Of a DNA stretch of 64,000 bases, positions 37,236 through 49,794 are shown piece by piece. Origin of the DNA: Camelus ferus. Taxonomy: Eukaryota. A program made the position numbers and the translations under genes. The DNA is taken from assembly GCF_009834535.1 (NCBI RefSeq), contig NC_045697.1, positions 86,926,001-86,990,000 on the forward strand, in the 5' to 3' direction. The notes below the pieces were generated by a model, which saw only the letters and a list, made by a program, of their open reading frames with translations, made no database searches and was not told the origin of the DNA. Position 1 is the stretch's first letter, and each line of letters opens with the position of its first letter.

Positions 37236-38419
37236 ATATTCACGTGCAAAAGAATTCATATAAAAATTAACTCAGAATGGATCAAACCTAAATGGACAAG
37301 GTAAAACTAAAACTCTTGAGAGAAAAGAGTGGGTGTATGACCTTGGATTAGGCAGTAGTTTCTCAGACATGACATCAAAAGCATAAATAACCAAAGCAAA
37401 ATTGATAAATTGAATTTCATGAAAATTAAAAATGTTTATGCTTCAAAGGGCAACATCAAGAAGGTGAAAAGACAACCCACAGGATGGGAGAAAATATTTG
37501 CAAATCAGGTATCTGATTAGGGATTTGTCTCTAGAACATATAAGGAATTCTCACAACTCAATGATCAAAAGGCAACTTAATTTAAAAATGAGCCAAGGAT
37601 CTGAATAGATGTTTTTCTAAAGACATACAAATAGTCATTAAGCACATGAAAAAATGCTGGTCATCATTACCCACCAGAAAAATACAAATCAGAACTATGA
37701 GGTATCACTTCACACCCAATTAATATGGCTATAGTTAAAAAATTTAAAAAAAAAGATTATAATGACTGTGGCCTGGATATGGAGAAATTGGAATGCTCAA
37801 TTCCTAGTGGAAATGTAAAATGGTTGCTTTGGAAAACAGTCTGATAATTCTTCAAATGATTAAACATAGAGTTATCATATGACTCAGTAATTTAACTTCT
37901 TGGTTTATATGCAAGAGAAATGAAAACATGTCTACAAAAGATCTTGTACATGAATGTTTATAGAAGTATTATTCCCAATAGCTAAACATTCGTAATAAAC
38001 AAAATGGCTATCAACTGATAGATGGGTGGTAGATCAAATATGGTCTGTTTAGTGGACTGTTACTTGGCAATAAAAAGGAGTGAAGTACTGATAAATGGCT
38101 GTTATATAGATGAACCTTGAAAACATGCTAAAAGAAAATCAGTCACAAAAGACCACATAGTATATGATCCCATTTATATGAAATATCCAGAACACGTAAA
38201 TCTATAGAGACAGGAAGTGGATTAGTAGTAGCCTAGGACTGGGAACGGTGATCTATCAGGACATGGGATGTGAGTACTAAAGGCTATGGAAACATCATAA
38301 AAAAAAATTCATCATGGTGATGATTGCACAACTCTGTGAATAAACTGAAAGCCATTGAATTGTGTATACGCTTTAAGTGAATTGTATTTTCTGTGAATTA
38401 TATCTGAGAATTAAAAAAA
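37236..38419 (+). mobile_element. L1MB-like ORF2 3' part and 3' UTR, sense orientation
   Basis: AAAGACAACCCACAGGATGGGAGAAAATATTTGCAAATC, TTAAACATAGAGTTATCATATGAC, GATGAACCTTGAAAACAT, CATTGAATTGT. Confidence 0.88.
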
Positions 38420-38724
38420 GAACAAATATACTAGGGGCACCAACGATTCAGGACAAGAGCCCTTGATATCACTTAACATCATGATGACTTTGGAAAAATA
38501 ATTTCTCAACTGGAGTTAATTGATTTGAATAATTCAAGTCCACTAGGCTGAAAATAGGATAGAATGGCTCACCATGCTGGCAGTTAATTTTTTTTTAATA
38601 TCATTTTCAAATGACTATGATGTTAAGAGGAGAGTAAAGTCCCAGGTAAATAAAACCTACCTGACTCGGGGGGAAAAAAAAAAAGATCAAGTTGGTCGAT
38701 AATATTCATATGTTCCATATTCTT

Positions 38725-38824
38725 TTTTTAACTTTTTTTATTGAGTTACAGTCATTTTACAATATTGTGTCAAATTCCAGTGTAGACTGCAATTTTTCAG
38801 TTACACGTGAACATAGATTCGTTG
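38725..38824 (-). mobile_element. 100-bp young L1 3' end with perfect 11-bp TSD
   Basis: TSD TCCATATTCTT at 38714-38724 and 38825-38835. Confidence 0.85.
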
Positions 38825-39013
38825 TCCATATTCTTATTGATTTCTTTTGTTAATTTTGCTTCTGATGTTTTAAAGTTCTATTTAGTGCTATGTGTTTATA
38901 ATATCTTCTTGATATATCTGACCCTCTTATGAAATAACCCTATTCATCTCTAGTTATAGAACTTACCTTGAAGTCCAATCAGCAAATATTAATATAGCTA
39001 GATCACCAGTCTT

Positions 39014-39225
39014 TTTTTAATACTTTTTATTTTGTATTGAAGTATAGTTGATTTACAATGTTAGTTTCAAGTGTACAGCAAGGTGATTCAGTTATATATA
39101 TACACATGCAAGTATATTTTTTCTTTTCAGATTCTTTCCCATTATATGTTACTACAAGAAATTGAAAACAGTTCCCTGTGCTATGCAGTAGATCCTTGTT
39201 GCTTATTTTATATACGGTAATGTGT
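39014..39225 (-). mobile_element. Short LINE-1 3' end
   Basis: TATTGAAGTATAGTTGATTTACAATG..GATTCAGTTATA..TTCCCTGTGCTATGCAGTAG. Confidence 0.85.
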
Positions 39226-39240
39226 TAGAGCAGCATTCTT

Positions 39241-39379
39241 CGTTTGTTTGTTTTGTTTTTTTGCAGGGGGAGGTAGTTAGGTTTACTTATTTATTTTTTA
39301 GAGGAGGTACTGGGGATTGAACCCAGGACCTTGTGTATGCTAAGCATGCATTCTACCACTTGAGCTATACCCTCCTCCC
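39241..39379 (-). mobile_element. tRNA-derived SINE (camelid Vic-1-like)
   Basis: Minus strand GGAGGGTATAGCTCAAGTGGTAGAATGCATGCTTAGCAT..GGTCCTGGGTTCAATCCCCAGTACCTCC with A/B boxes, A-rich tail and 15-bp TSD (2 mismatches). Confidence 0.88.
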
Positions 39380-42309
39380 TAGACTAGCATTCTTATAATT
39401 AGGGTGTGCATCTTGTATTTTTTCCACATTTTTACTTTCAGTGTGGCTGTATCTTTGTATTTAAAGTGTTTTCTTATAAACAGTACAATTGGGTTTTGTC
39501 TCTTTATATTGTTGACAATTTTTTTCCTTTAAACGGGAGTGTTTAGTTCATTTCCATTTAGTGTAGTTAGTGATACGTTTGGGTTTAACATGTTGATGGC
39601 TCACTGTGGACTCGGTGCCCCGGGGAAACACTGCCGTTACCCAATCAACGTGTTAATCTGCCACTTCAGCATTTGTTTTCTAATTCCCCTATCTGTTCTT
39701 TGTCCTTCTGTTCCCTCCTTTCCTGCCTTCTTTTAAATTGAGTAGTTTTTTTGTATCCCTGTTTGCCTTAGAGCCCAGCTGTTAACTGTCTGGGTAGGTC
39801 TGGAGTTCATCTTGCTCTTGAACTCTACCCTGTGCTTTCCCTGTCTTGGAAGCTCTCCCTTCGTCCTGCTTTGCATTTGGTAAAGGCTCAGTGCACCTCA
39901 GAGGGCTCTCTGTCAGCTCCTTCCTGCTCCCAGCCTTCGGTGGACTATTGCTTTGCGGGAAAGGCCTTAGGTGCTTCAGGAGGCTCTCTCAGTTCTTCTG
40001 TTCTGTCCCTGCCCCTGGTATCTTGGTTGTGCACTAGGTGCAAGCTCTGTAGGAGAGAACTGGCAGGTGGCTTGGAGCTGCTCTTTGATTAGGGCTCCAC
40101 CGAATTCTAACTCCTCACATTGGCAGCTATTAAAGGTTTTTAAAAGTTCAGCTGGTTTCTCCAAACTCTCCTTTTGAGCAGATTTGGTCTTCCACCTGTC
40201 AGAGATGAAAGCAGCAGGTCATCTCTTTTTTGGGATGGAATCATCTGTGTGTGGAATTTAGTTCGTTTAGGTCTCTTTGCATCTCAGAATTGGTTTTTTT
40301 TTTTTTTTTTTTTTAAGAAAATCTATGATTTTGTGGCTTATCTACCTTCTTGTTTTAGGCTCTGGCTATTTTTAAAGTTTATATTTTTATGATTATATAG
40401 CAATGGAAGTACTTTTCAAGCATCTACAATTAATGCTTTTTTTAGTGGCTTATTGAATGACAATATCCTAATTTGGAGTAGCCAAGAAATCTGTCAAAAA
40501 TCAATGAATAAATGAACAATGACATTCACGCTGGGTATTGAGTCACTGGTATTGGCCACAGATTAATATTAATAATCTGCCTTGTGACCAGTAATACACA
40601 TTTACAAGATGGTGGGCAGAATTTGGGTAAGTTTATTGATAAAACACCAAATAAAGTATAGTGATTGATTATGCCGTCTTGGCTTATTTATAAACTTTAT
40701 GAGTTAAAAAGAGATGCAGATGTATTCATAATTAATATGACTTATCTAGACCACTTTAGAGCCACATAAAAGGATTTAATCATAGTCATTAAAGGGATTT
40801 TGATTGTATTTTTTTAAAAATAAAGCTGATTTCTACGTTTTCCCGTAATGTTGAAAAGACTTTATGCCTCTCTCTGTTTAGTTTACAAGTCTTGATTATA
40901 CTCCTTTAACTTTGTATATCTTTTAAGATTCAAAAAACTGTAGAATTTTACCTGGGTTGGCAGGTACATAGAGGAAAATCAGACATTAAATGTACAACGA
41001 ATGTCTTTTTAAAAAAATTTATAAATTCTCAAACACTCAAAGTAGTGAGAATAGAATAATGAACTCCTATGCTTCTAATAAATATTGACATAGGTTAATC
41101 AATCTTGTTTATCTTGCCCACTTTATAAAAACATTATTAATTGGTTGCTGGAATATTTTAAGGCTAAATGTCTTGTTTTTTACTTGGCCTGATAGGAAAA
41201 ACTTAAAGCATAATTACTATGACATAATTATATCTAACAAAGTTAATAATAATTTTTTCTGTTGCTCTCAATAATACTATAGGATGGCCTATGAAAAACT
41301 TGTTCTGAGACCAAGCACATTTTATAAACACTGTATACCTGATCCTCTTACGGTGATGTACAGTGCAGGTTATGAGAAGCAGAGTTCTGAGAAGTTTGAC
41401 GATAAAGAGTTAACTTGACTTCACCAAGAACTTCCTAAATTTATTTGGCCCCAGAATCTGTTTTTAAAGTCATCTCTGTTAGCCAAAATACATTTTGGGG
41501 AATGCTGTTTTGGGAAGGAGAATGCTGCCTCTGAAGAGCAAAACAAATTTTAAACTTTAATTTAATTAATTAGGTGATTATTTGTCCATATGGCATTATT
41601 GTCATAATCATGTCATATCAATTTTTTGTTTCCCTACAATCTGCTTAATATTGATAATGTAGTGTAACACAGGTCATTCTCTTCAGGATTTTACGTTCTG
41701 AAAATCTTTCATCACACAGTATAAGCAAATTAAGTATAAGTATTTTGTTTTTCCACTAGATACTTATTTAAAAAAATCTATACATCACAGCCCCTCCAAA
41801 AACAAGGATATGCACTGGTATTGTATTGAAGGGGAAGCTAAAAATAAGATGCACAGAAACTCAAGGAAATACAAACTAAAAGATAATAGTTAGCAGTTAT
41901 ATTTTATTTTTAAAGAACTGGTTAAAAATAACTTTTAAAGGGTTTAAACTTAGGCAGTAGTGTGGAAATCCTCACAGGTGGTTTATGTACTCTAAAACTT
42001 AAAAAAGTTTAAGTAGTTAACTGCCAAATGTATTAAAGGAAAAAATCTTCACCTGTCCCTCTTCTTTGCTCTCTAACATTGGCATGAGTATGGAGTCAAG
42101 GGGTCATGCTCTAGTGGACCTGCCTCTCCTCTCTAAGAGAGTTTAATTGACATCTGGCTCTTGTCCCCTGCCCGCCCCTACCAGGTCTCTAGGGTAGATC
42201 TGTTGATTGCCCAAGTGTCTCTTGTCTGTACCCTATATACTATATAAATGTGTACATAGCTCTTTTTTCCATGATGCTACAAAGGTAATTTTTTTCCCAT
42301 TACTTATAG

Positions 42310-42413
42310 TCAAACTACAACTTCAAGCAGAGGAGAGAGGGGTCGTGTCTATCAAAGGAGTGTGTGCAAACCGTTACCTTGCTATGAAGGAAGATGGAAG
42401 ATTACTGGCTTCT
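42310..42413 (+). CDS. FGF2: FGF2 coding exon 2
   Basis: Acceptor TTATAG|TC, donor TCT|GTAAGT; 104 nt; (I)KLQLQAEERGVVSIKGVCANRYLAMKEDGRLLAS; phase matches exon 1. Confidence 0.99.
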
Positions 42414-42431
42414 GTAAGTAATGCTTTCTGT

Positions 42432-42871
42432 ATTTTTTTTTAATTGAAGTATAGTTGATTTACAACGTTGTGTTATTTTCTGGTATACAGCAAAGTGATT
42501 CAGTTATACATATATGAATAGTGTTTTTCATTATAGGTTATTACAAGATGTTGAATGTAGTTCCCTGTGCTATACAGTAGGACTTTGTTGTTAATCTGTT
42601 TTACATACTGTAGTGTGTATCTCCTAATCCCAAACTCCTGATTTATCCCCCTCTCTGTTTCCCCTTTGGTAACCAAGAGTTTTTTTTCTATGTGAGTCTG
42701 TTTCTGTTTTGTAAATAAGTTCATTGTATCATATTTTAGATTCCATACATAAGTGATATCATATGATGTTTGTCTTTCTCTGACTTACTTCATTTGGTGT
42801 GATAATATCTGGGAAAATATATGTTGCTGCAAGTGGCATTATTTCACTTTTTTACTGCTATGTAGTACTCC

Positions 42872-42917
<46 letters not shown>

Positions 42918-43993
42918 CGCAACACATCTTTATCCATTCATTTGTTAATGGACATTTAGGTTGCTTTCATGTCTTGGCTATTGTAAATACTGTTGCTATG
43001 AACATTGGGGTGCATGAATCTTTTTGAACTAGGGTTTCCTCCCGATAAATACCCAGGAATGGGATTGCTGGATATGGTAACTCTGTTTTTAGTTTTTTAA
43101 GGAACACAGTGGCTGCACCAATTTACATTTCCACCAACAGTATAGGAGGGTTCCCTTTTCTCCACATCCTCTCCAGCATTTATTTGTAGATTTTTTTTGA
43201 TGATAGCCATTCTGACCAACGTGAGCGATACCATATTGTGGTTTTGATTTGTATTTCTCTAATAATTAGTGATGTTGAGCATCATTTCATGTGCCTGTTG
43301 GCCATCTGGATGTCTTCTTTGGAGAAATGTCTATTTAGGTCTTCTGCCCCTTTTTTTGATTGGGTTGTTTTTTTATTATTGAGTTGTATAAGCTGTTTGT
43401 ATATTTTGGAAACTAAGCTTTTGTCAGTTGCTTCATTTGCAAATATCTTCTCCTATTCTGTGTCTTTTCATTTTGTTGACGGTTTCCTTTGCTGTGCAAA
43501 AGCTTTTCAGTTTGATTAGATTTTTTTTAAAACTTCTATTGTCTTGGTAGGCTGACCTAAGAAAACATTGCTATGATTTGTGTCACAGAATGTTTTTCCT
43601 GTGTTCTTCTAGGAGTTTTATGGTGTCCTGGCTTATGTTAAATCTTTTGAGCTTATTTTTGTATATAGTGTGAGGGAGTGTAACTTCATTGATTAACATG
43701 AGGCTGTCAAGCTTTTCCCACACCACTTGCTGAAAAGACTATCTTTTCTCCATTGTGTTATTTTTGCCTCTTTTGTTGAAGACTAATTGATCATAGGTGT
43801 GCAGGTTTATTTCTGGGCTCTCTATTCTGTTCCATTAATCCATATATCTGTTTTTTTTTTTTTTTTTTTTGCCAATACCAGGCTGTTTTGATTACTGTAG
43901 TTCTGTAGAATTGTTTACATTCTGGAGGATTATACCTCCAGCTTTCTTTTTTTTTCCTTCAGGATTTCTTTGGCAGTTCTGGATCTTTTGTGA
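42432..43993 (-). mobile_element. 5'-truncated LINE-1 (1.56 kb) with 13-bp TSD
   Basis: TSD TAATGCTTTCTGT at 42419-42431 and 43994-44006; L1 3' UTR and degenerate ORF2. Confidence 0.95.
42874..42920. repeat. (TG)18(CG)5 microsatellite
   Basis: Directly visible alternating purine-pyrimidine tract. Confidence 0.95.
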
Positions 43994-44069
43994 TAATGCT
44001 TTCTGTTTTTGTAGTTTTTTTTCTTTGTTGGCTTTTATTGCTGTGAATTTACTAGTATTGGTATTCATT

Positions 44070-44620
44070 AAGTCTTTATTAAGGATTTTACAGGTTTTAC
44101 ATCATTTAATCTTCACATTCACCCTATAAAATAGAGAGTATTATACTCCTTATTTCACAGATGCAAAAACTGAAATTCTGAGGAAGTAATAAAGTAACCA
44201 AGAAAACACAGCTCATATGAGGCAGAGCCTGGGTGGCACGCCAGGCGGTCTGGACTGCAGAGCACGAACTCTAATTCAGTGCACTTTACTGCCTTCTCTG
44301 CAAAGCTATGAAATAACAGTTTAAAAAAAAAAAACCTCCTTATATTTTGCAGTTGTCTGAAGATCATTGGGATGGAAATATAAAAATGTTCAGTTTTTAA
44401 GCTGCTTCTTTCAAATTTGACATAACAAAACCACTTGCAGTATAGACTACTAATTGAGAACGCGGGCTCCCAACCTAGGTACAGATGCTTGCTCTGCCAC
44501 TTACGAGGCGTGTGTTCTAGGGCAAATTATTCTGCGTTAGTTCCCTCACCTACAGAGTAGAGACAGTAATGATCCTATCTTACAGTTTTTGTGAGGAGTA
44601 ACTTAATTTATGTCAAGTGC
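44070..44620. mobile_element. Two MIR SINEs in opposite orientations (about 44070-44290 and 44450-44620)
   Basis: TTTCACAGATGCAAAAACTGAAATTCTGAGGAAGTAA; CTCTGCCACTTAC..TAGGGCAAATTA..AGTTCCCTCACCT. Confidence 0.6.
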
Positions 44621-44890
44621 CAAAATTGTTACTTCCTCCTCATATTACTTCTCATTTATATATAAGCTCATTAAGGACAAGGACTTTTCTTTTTTCACCT
44701 CTTAATCACAGCAGTTGGGATCCTAGCTCCTGGCCAGTACTCTTATTAATTAATGCCTCATTATTATAACTGGGATTGTATGTCTGTTGAGCAGACACTG
44801 TGGGGAATGATATAGGGAGTAGAGTGGTAAACAGGACACAGATCCACTTCTGTCTCTTTGGGGGAGTAGATAAGACATGTACCTAAGAGG

Positions 44891-44956
44891 GTGTGTGTAT
44901 GTATGTGTATATATACATACATACACACACACACATACATACACACAAATATACAC
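44891..44956. repeat. Compound (TG)/(TA)/(CA) microsatellite
   Basis: Directly visible; quasi-palindromic. Confidence 0.8.
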
Positions 44957-45309
44957 AAACCACAGTCATAATTCCAATACCAGTAGCCAGTTATAAGCAC
45001 TCTGTAACCTTCCCCACGGAAGTGATGTAGCAGTACTGGGCAGTTGTGGTGTTTTGTGCTATACAGATAGTTTTTGGAAATTTTTTCTGAGTGAAGACCT
45101 TTGGATTTCTGAAGGGACTAAAACAGACTTCAGAGAAAAGGAATATTCAACCATCTGACGGATTATCTGACAAGGTATATTTATATTGATATTATATGCG
45201 TGTGAGTTTTGCAGGATAAATAAATCTGGGTGTGGTGGTGCTCTCTCTCTCCTCCTTTTTGAAGTTGAATAAATCTTGGAACCCTCTTCAAGAATAGCGG
45301 ATATCTTTT

Positions 45310-46040
45310 GAGTATACAGTGTACTAGATGGTATCTATGCTAGGCATCAGGGTTATCAAACTGAATACAGAATTGCCTGTGCCTTTAATGAGTGACAGTC
45401 CAGGAGGCAGAAGTGTAAGTAAGTATTTGTAATAATGTGTAAGGGGTTTGGTGTGTTCCTTCTATATCTTGCAGACATGCACAGTAATCTAGGAAAGGCA
45501 AGAAGTATTATGATATGTGCCTTCTACACCATACTGCTGTCAGCAGTGGGAAGCCGTGAAGAGATTTAAGAAGAGACACAATCAGATTTGAATTAGAGAA
45601 AGATCTCTCTGGCAGTAGCGTAGAGGATGGATTTGAGGGGGCCAGGACTGGTGGACACAGACCAGTTAGAAGGCCCTGTAAGACACCAAGCAAGTGATAA
45701 TGAGAACCTGGCAATAACAGAACGGAGGGGATGGAGTAAAGTCTGGCACTGAGGCTGATCAGACTGAGGAGGGGGAGAAGTCAAAGCTGACATGTAGGTT
45801 TCTATTTTGGATGAGAAACGGGGAAGAGGAGGAAAGCAAGTTCTGAGAAAAAGTAATACAGGTTCAGATTTAGTCTTCTCTAGTTTGAGTTGCCCAAGAG
45901 AAATTGAGGTGAAGACGCTCACTACACCACTGGGATTATGGGTCTGCAGCCTGGAGGGGTCTGTGCGGGTATGTTGATCTGGGTGTCATTGGCGTACAGG
46001 TAGCAGTTAAATCAGGGGAAGGAATGGCTGAGGTTTCCTA
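45310..46040. mobile_element. LINE-2 fragment
   Basis: AATCAGATTTG..TTAGAGAAAGATCTCTCTGGCAG..GACCAGTTAGAAGGC. Confidence 0.65.
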
Positions 46041-49000
46041 GGCAAAAAAATAAAGCTGTAAAGGACTGACTCCTTGGGACTTTGACTTCTTCCACTGTTC
46101 TTGTCTTTCTTTCCTACCAGTCTGTTGTCAACTCAAGGGGTGATGCCATACTTGGGGAATCTATTGAAGTGGCATTTTAAATATTTCCAGAACAGTGAAA
46201 TAGTGGGTAATTTTGGATGACCTTGATCTTGTAGAGAGAAGAAGAGGGGTTTAACCCTACTCTTCTCACCTCAAGATGTGACATAACACATACAGTGGGA
46301 ATCATGATGTCTTCTACAGTAGTGTTGATTTGGCAACTGTCAGTAAAGGTGGCGGAGAAAAGCAAGGAGAATGCATACAGCGTTTGCTTCTGTCATAACT
46401 GTGGGCAAGACTAGTCACATTGACACTAGTCAGAATGGTTTTAAAGCTCTAGACTTTGCTGTGTCTGTCTTAATCTGGTTTAGTGAGTGACTTGAAATTG
46501 TTACCTTGTGGTTTTCTACTTACTGAGATGAGAAGATCCAGTAACCAAGTAATCACAGTGGCCCTGCAAGGTGGTCATTGGAGGGGTCATTTATCTTGAG
46601 AACAACAAAAAGCTTCCTAATTGTCAAAAGTGATGAAAACAGAAGCTACTCTAAAGTGCACCCCTGAAACTACTGGGGTCCATAACAGAGGAGATAATTT
46701 AAGACAACTGACCTGAAAACTGAACGGTCTTCTCATTCTTACAGATTTCTCTACACGTTAGAATTCCGAGAATTCTGACCTCTTCTGGTAAACAGGCATT
46801 AAGCTTCCCAAACTCTTGATTCTGTACTATCAGAAGCATAAAGTGCTCTAAAATAAACTGTTTTCTAGTTTCTTTCTTAGCTAAGTAGAACCCTTCACAA
46901 GATTAAGGTCACAGCATTTTACTTAGTTTAGTCTTAAATATATTTCTATCCCTGGGATGTGTGTTAGTTCTTCTGATACAAGATTTCCTTCAAGCTGATG
47001 TAGTAAGAGTTAATTTAGCAACACTTAGAAATTTATCACAAACTCTCTGTAGGGACAAAGACACAGCTGTTACACATAAATGGAAAATTCAGGATTTATC
47101 AGTTTCCTTTGAGGAATGGCACCAGCCAAGATCCAGCTGTTCCAGCTCCCGTCATGGGATCTGTTCCTGCCAAGTTCACGAGTTAATCTCTAGTCTTCCC
47201 ATTCAATTTGTGTGACTTGCTGCCTTGCCTTTTCAGCAGCTATCCTCTTTCAGATTAGTCTGGGTGGGCTGTGTCTAGTTTCAGGTGTAAAAGTAAGTAT
47301 CTTTACCCCAGAACCAAGGAGGTGGTTGTTTGTGGTTCAGTTGTGGCGTATTTCTCTCTGAGTCAGATCCATAGGTGCTGAGCTGTCAAAAACAGCAACT
47401 TTCAGGCAAGAAATTAAAAGTCTTGACCCTTGGCTATTAGTGTCACCTGTGCCAGCATTAAATGGGTTGAGATGAATCACTGATGGTGAAAGACACCATA
47501 GCTGGGGATGTCAGCAGGGACCTCACTCAGGAAGAGACAACTGGCATATAGAAAAGAAAAACAAAACAATCCATAGTAACTTTGGGTGTAAGTCCAGTGT
47601 CATGACCAGTAGCCATCATTTGGGCAGGCAGATGTCCCATTTACTTGGAGAAACTTGGGTTTATGAACTTGCACTTGCCAAAGGCATAACTCTTCCCACT
47701 CTTCTTCTGCGGGGCCCCACTGCAGACTGCTGAGCTACGGCACATCCCTGGGTTCTTGTGCGTTTTGCCCTGTGTGCGATTCCTGCACTGGTGAAACATC
47801 ACAGTCTCCCCTCAGAAAGAATAGTGCTCTGGATATGTAACATGTTTTGGTTTCTAAGAGTCACGTTAGGTTGATTACTACCACTTGAGTATTAACAAAG
47901 TCTAAGTTCTGTACCATTTTTTCCCTCCAACACCTTTACATATTAATAGCATGAATGCATTCAGGCTAAGGATTTCTCACTTATGTGAGAAATGTTTGAA
48001 ACATTTCTTAAGGGTCTTTCCCCCTCTTCGAAGTTAGAAAAATACAAAGTTCAAAAAGTAACTATGTTTATCTGCCAAAACCTAAATTTGGAGGCCGAAG
48101 CTGAGTACTTTAATACACAACAGACTCCTTATTCCATTCCACAGCAAGATAAATTTTGTTGCTATGAGCAACAGAAGCCCAGAACAAATATTAGGACTTG
48201 TGATTTCTTCAGTGTTCAAAAATTGCATATAGTGAGGTTAACTGTAGTTTGAAGCTGAAATCACCAAAGAACCTCAGTGTTAGCATTGGTATGAAAATAT
48301 TTACCTGTCTTCATCTGCTACAAAATTGCACATTGTTTTCTATGTTATGCAAAAGATTGTGATAAACTGAGCAAAATACCTCAGTATTAGAATGTGTGAT
48401 TTGTGTTGACCCATAAAATACATGCAAAAATTGTTTATGTTCTCTGAGGATACATTTAATTACTGTAAATGTAAAATTCTTACTTATCAAATAACTTTCT
48501 CAGTTAAGGCACCTTATGAAATGAAACTTCTACACATAGAAAAGTAGGGAAAACAGGTTTTTGAGGGTTCACTTATCCAGACTGGCAATATATACTGATC
48601 AAATTTTTCAGAAAAATGCAGTAATTAAAGAGGAATGTATATCATTTTAAAAGATAAAATATTAAATGCAAAGATTAGTGCTTAATAAGAATCATTGCTT
48701 CCTTTAGATACTAATCTTATATATTACAGCAACCTATTTATATTACAATATGAAGATAAAATTTACTTTTAACTTTTCACAATTTGTGTCTTATTTTGTT
48801 CTGAAATAGTCAGCACTGATACTTATATCATGTCTGTTTTTAATTCCCAGAAGTGGTGTAAGCAAAAGCATTTTTGGATTCATGTTGAGCAAACTCCCTC
48901 ATAAGCCAAAACTGCAAAATCAAACTACTGTAAAGGAATAAACAGTCCAAAAAACAGAACATGGGGGGAATGGTCAGGAGGGTCAAATCTAATATTTATA

Positions 49001-49129
49001 GCAGTTGATGAGAATTGTGAGGCCAGTGCATAAGGAAAGGAGGTGGGGGCGGGGAGGAGAATTTACTTGAGTTTCTTATTTCTTTTCTTATGCCATGGCT
49101 TAAAGATTGTCTTAAAGTTTTAAAAATTG

Positions 49130-49275
49130 TTAAAGATTGGGAGGGATCTTAAAGATCATCTAATCCCATCTTGTTTTACAGATGAGAAAAGGAAGGCTCA
49201 GAGAGGTTAGGCGACTTGCTCAAAGATATAAGTTAGGGATCAAGGCAAGAGTGGAGCCCAGGCCTCCTGGCTCAT
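49130..49275. mobile_element. MIR SINE
   Basis: TTTTACAGATGAGAAAAGGAAGGCTCAGAGAGGTTAGGCGACTTGCTCAAAG. Confidence 0.75.
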
Positions 49276-49794
49276 CAGAGATCCTCACAGATGTCGTCAG
49301 GAGAGTCAAACTCTTGCAGTGGGCCATCGGGCTTAGTTTCCTCAGAGACTAAATAGTGCATAAAGTTAGGCTGTGTTCTCTATTTCAGTTCTTAGTCTGG
49401 ATTTTCCTTGGTCTTAGTTCTCTAGTTCTTATTTAGATGTTGCAGGGCCATTGAGTGGTGTTTTTATTGTAGCCTATCTGAAACAGTTTCATTTATTCTT
49501 TAATTTAGTAAATAGTTGCTGATCACTTACTATGTGCCAGGCTCTGGTACAGCAATAGAAGAGGAGGAAAACAATAGAGGAAAATCTCCACCCACATGGC
49601 ATTTATAGTCTGGTGGAATAAAATTGATATGTATATATAAATAAATGATCTGTATTTGCATGTTGTAGAGCATAAAAATAAATGAGATGCTTTTATTCTT
49701 CTTAGTATAACTAGGGTTACTAAATTCAGTTACTTGAGGGATTCTTTTCGTGTGGTCATACTTGTAGCCCTAAGGTCAGGGTTTTTAAAAAATA

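Larger units (their letters stand above)
36830..39760 (-). mobile_element. Ancient L1M ORF2 remnant interrupted by four nested insertions
   Basis: GAAAAGAATGTCTATTCT..GTCAGTTTAGG (to 37234) resumes as GATCAAGTTGGTCGATA (38685) and continues to TTCATTTCCATTTAGTGTA. Confidence 0.65.

Noticed and set aside
42207..42443. ORF-track N- and C-terminal extensions around exon 2 (likewise 57458 and 58519 starts)
   Set aside because: Intronic read-through past canonical splice sites; true exon limits are set by AG/GT and phase continuity.
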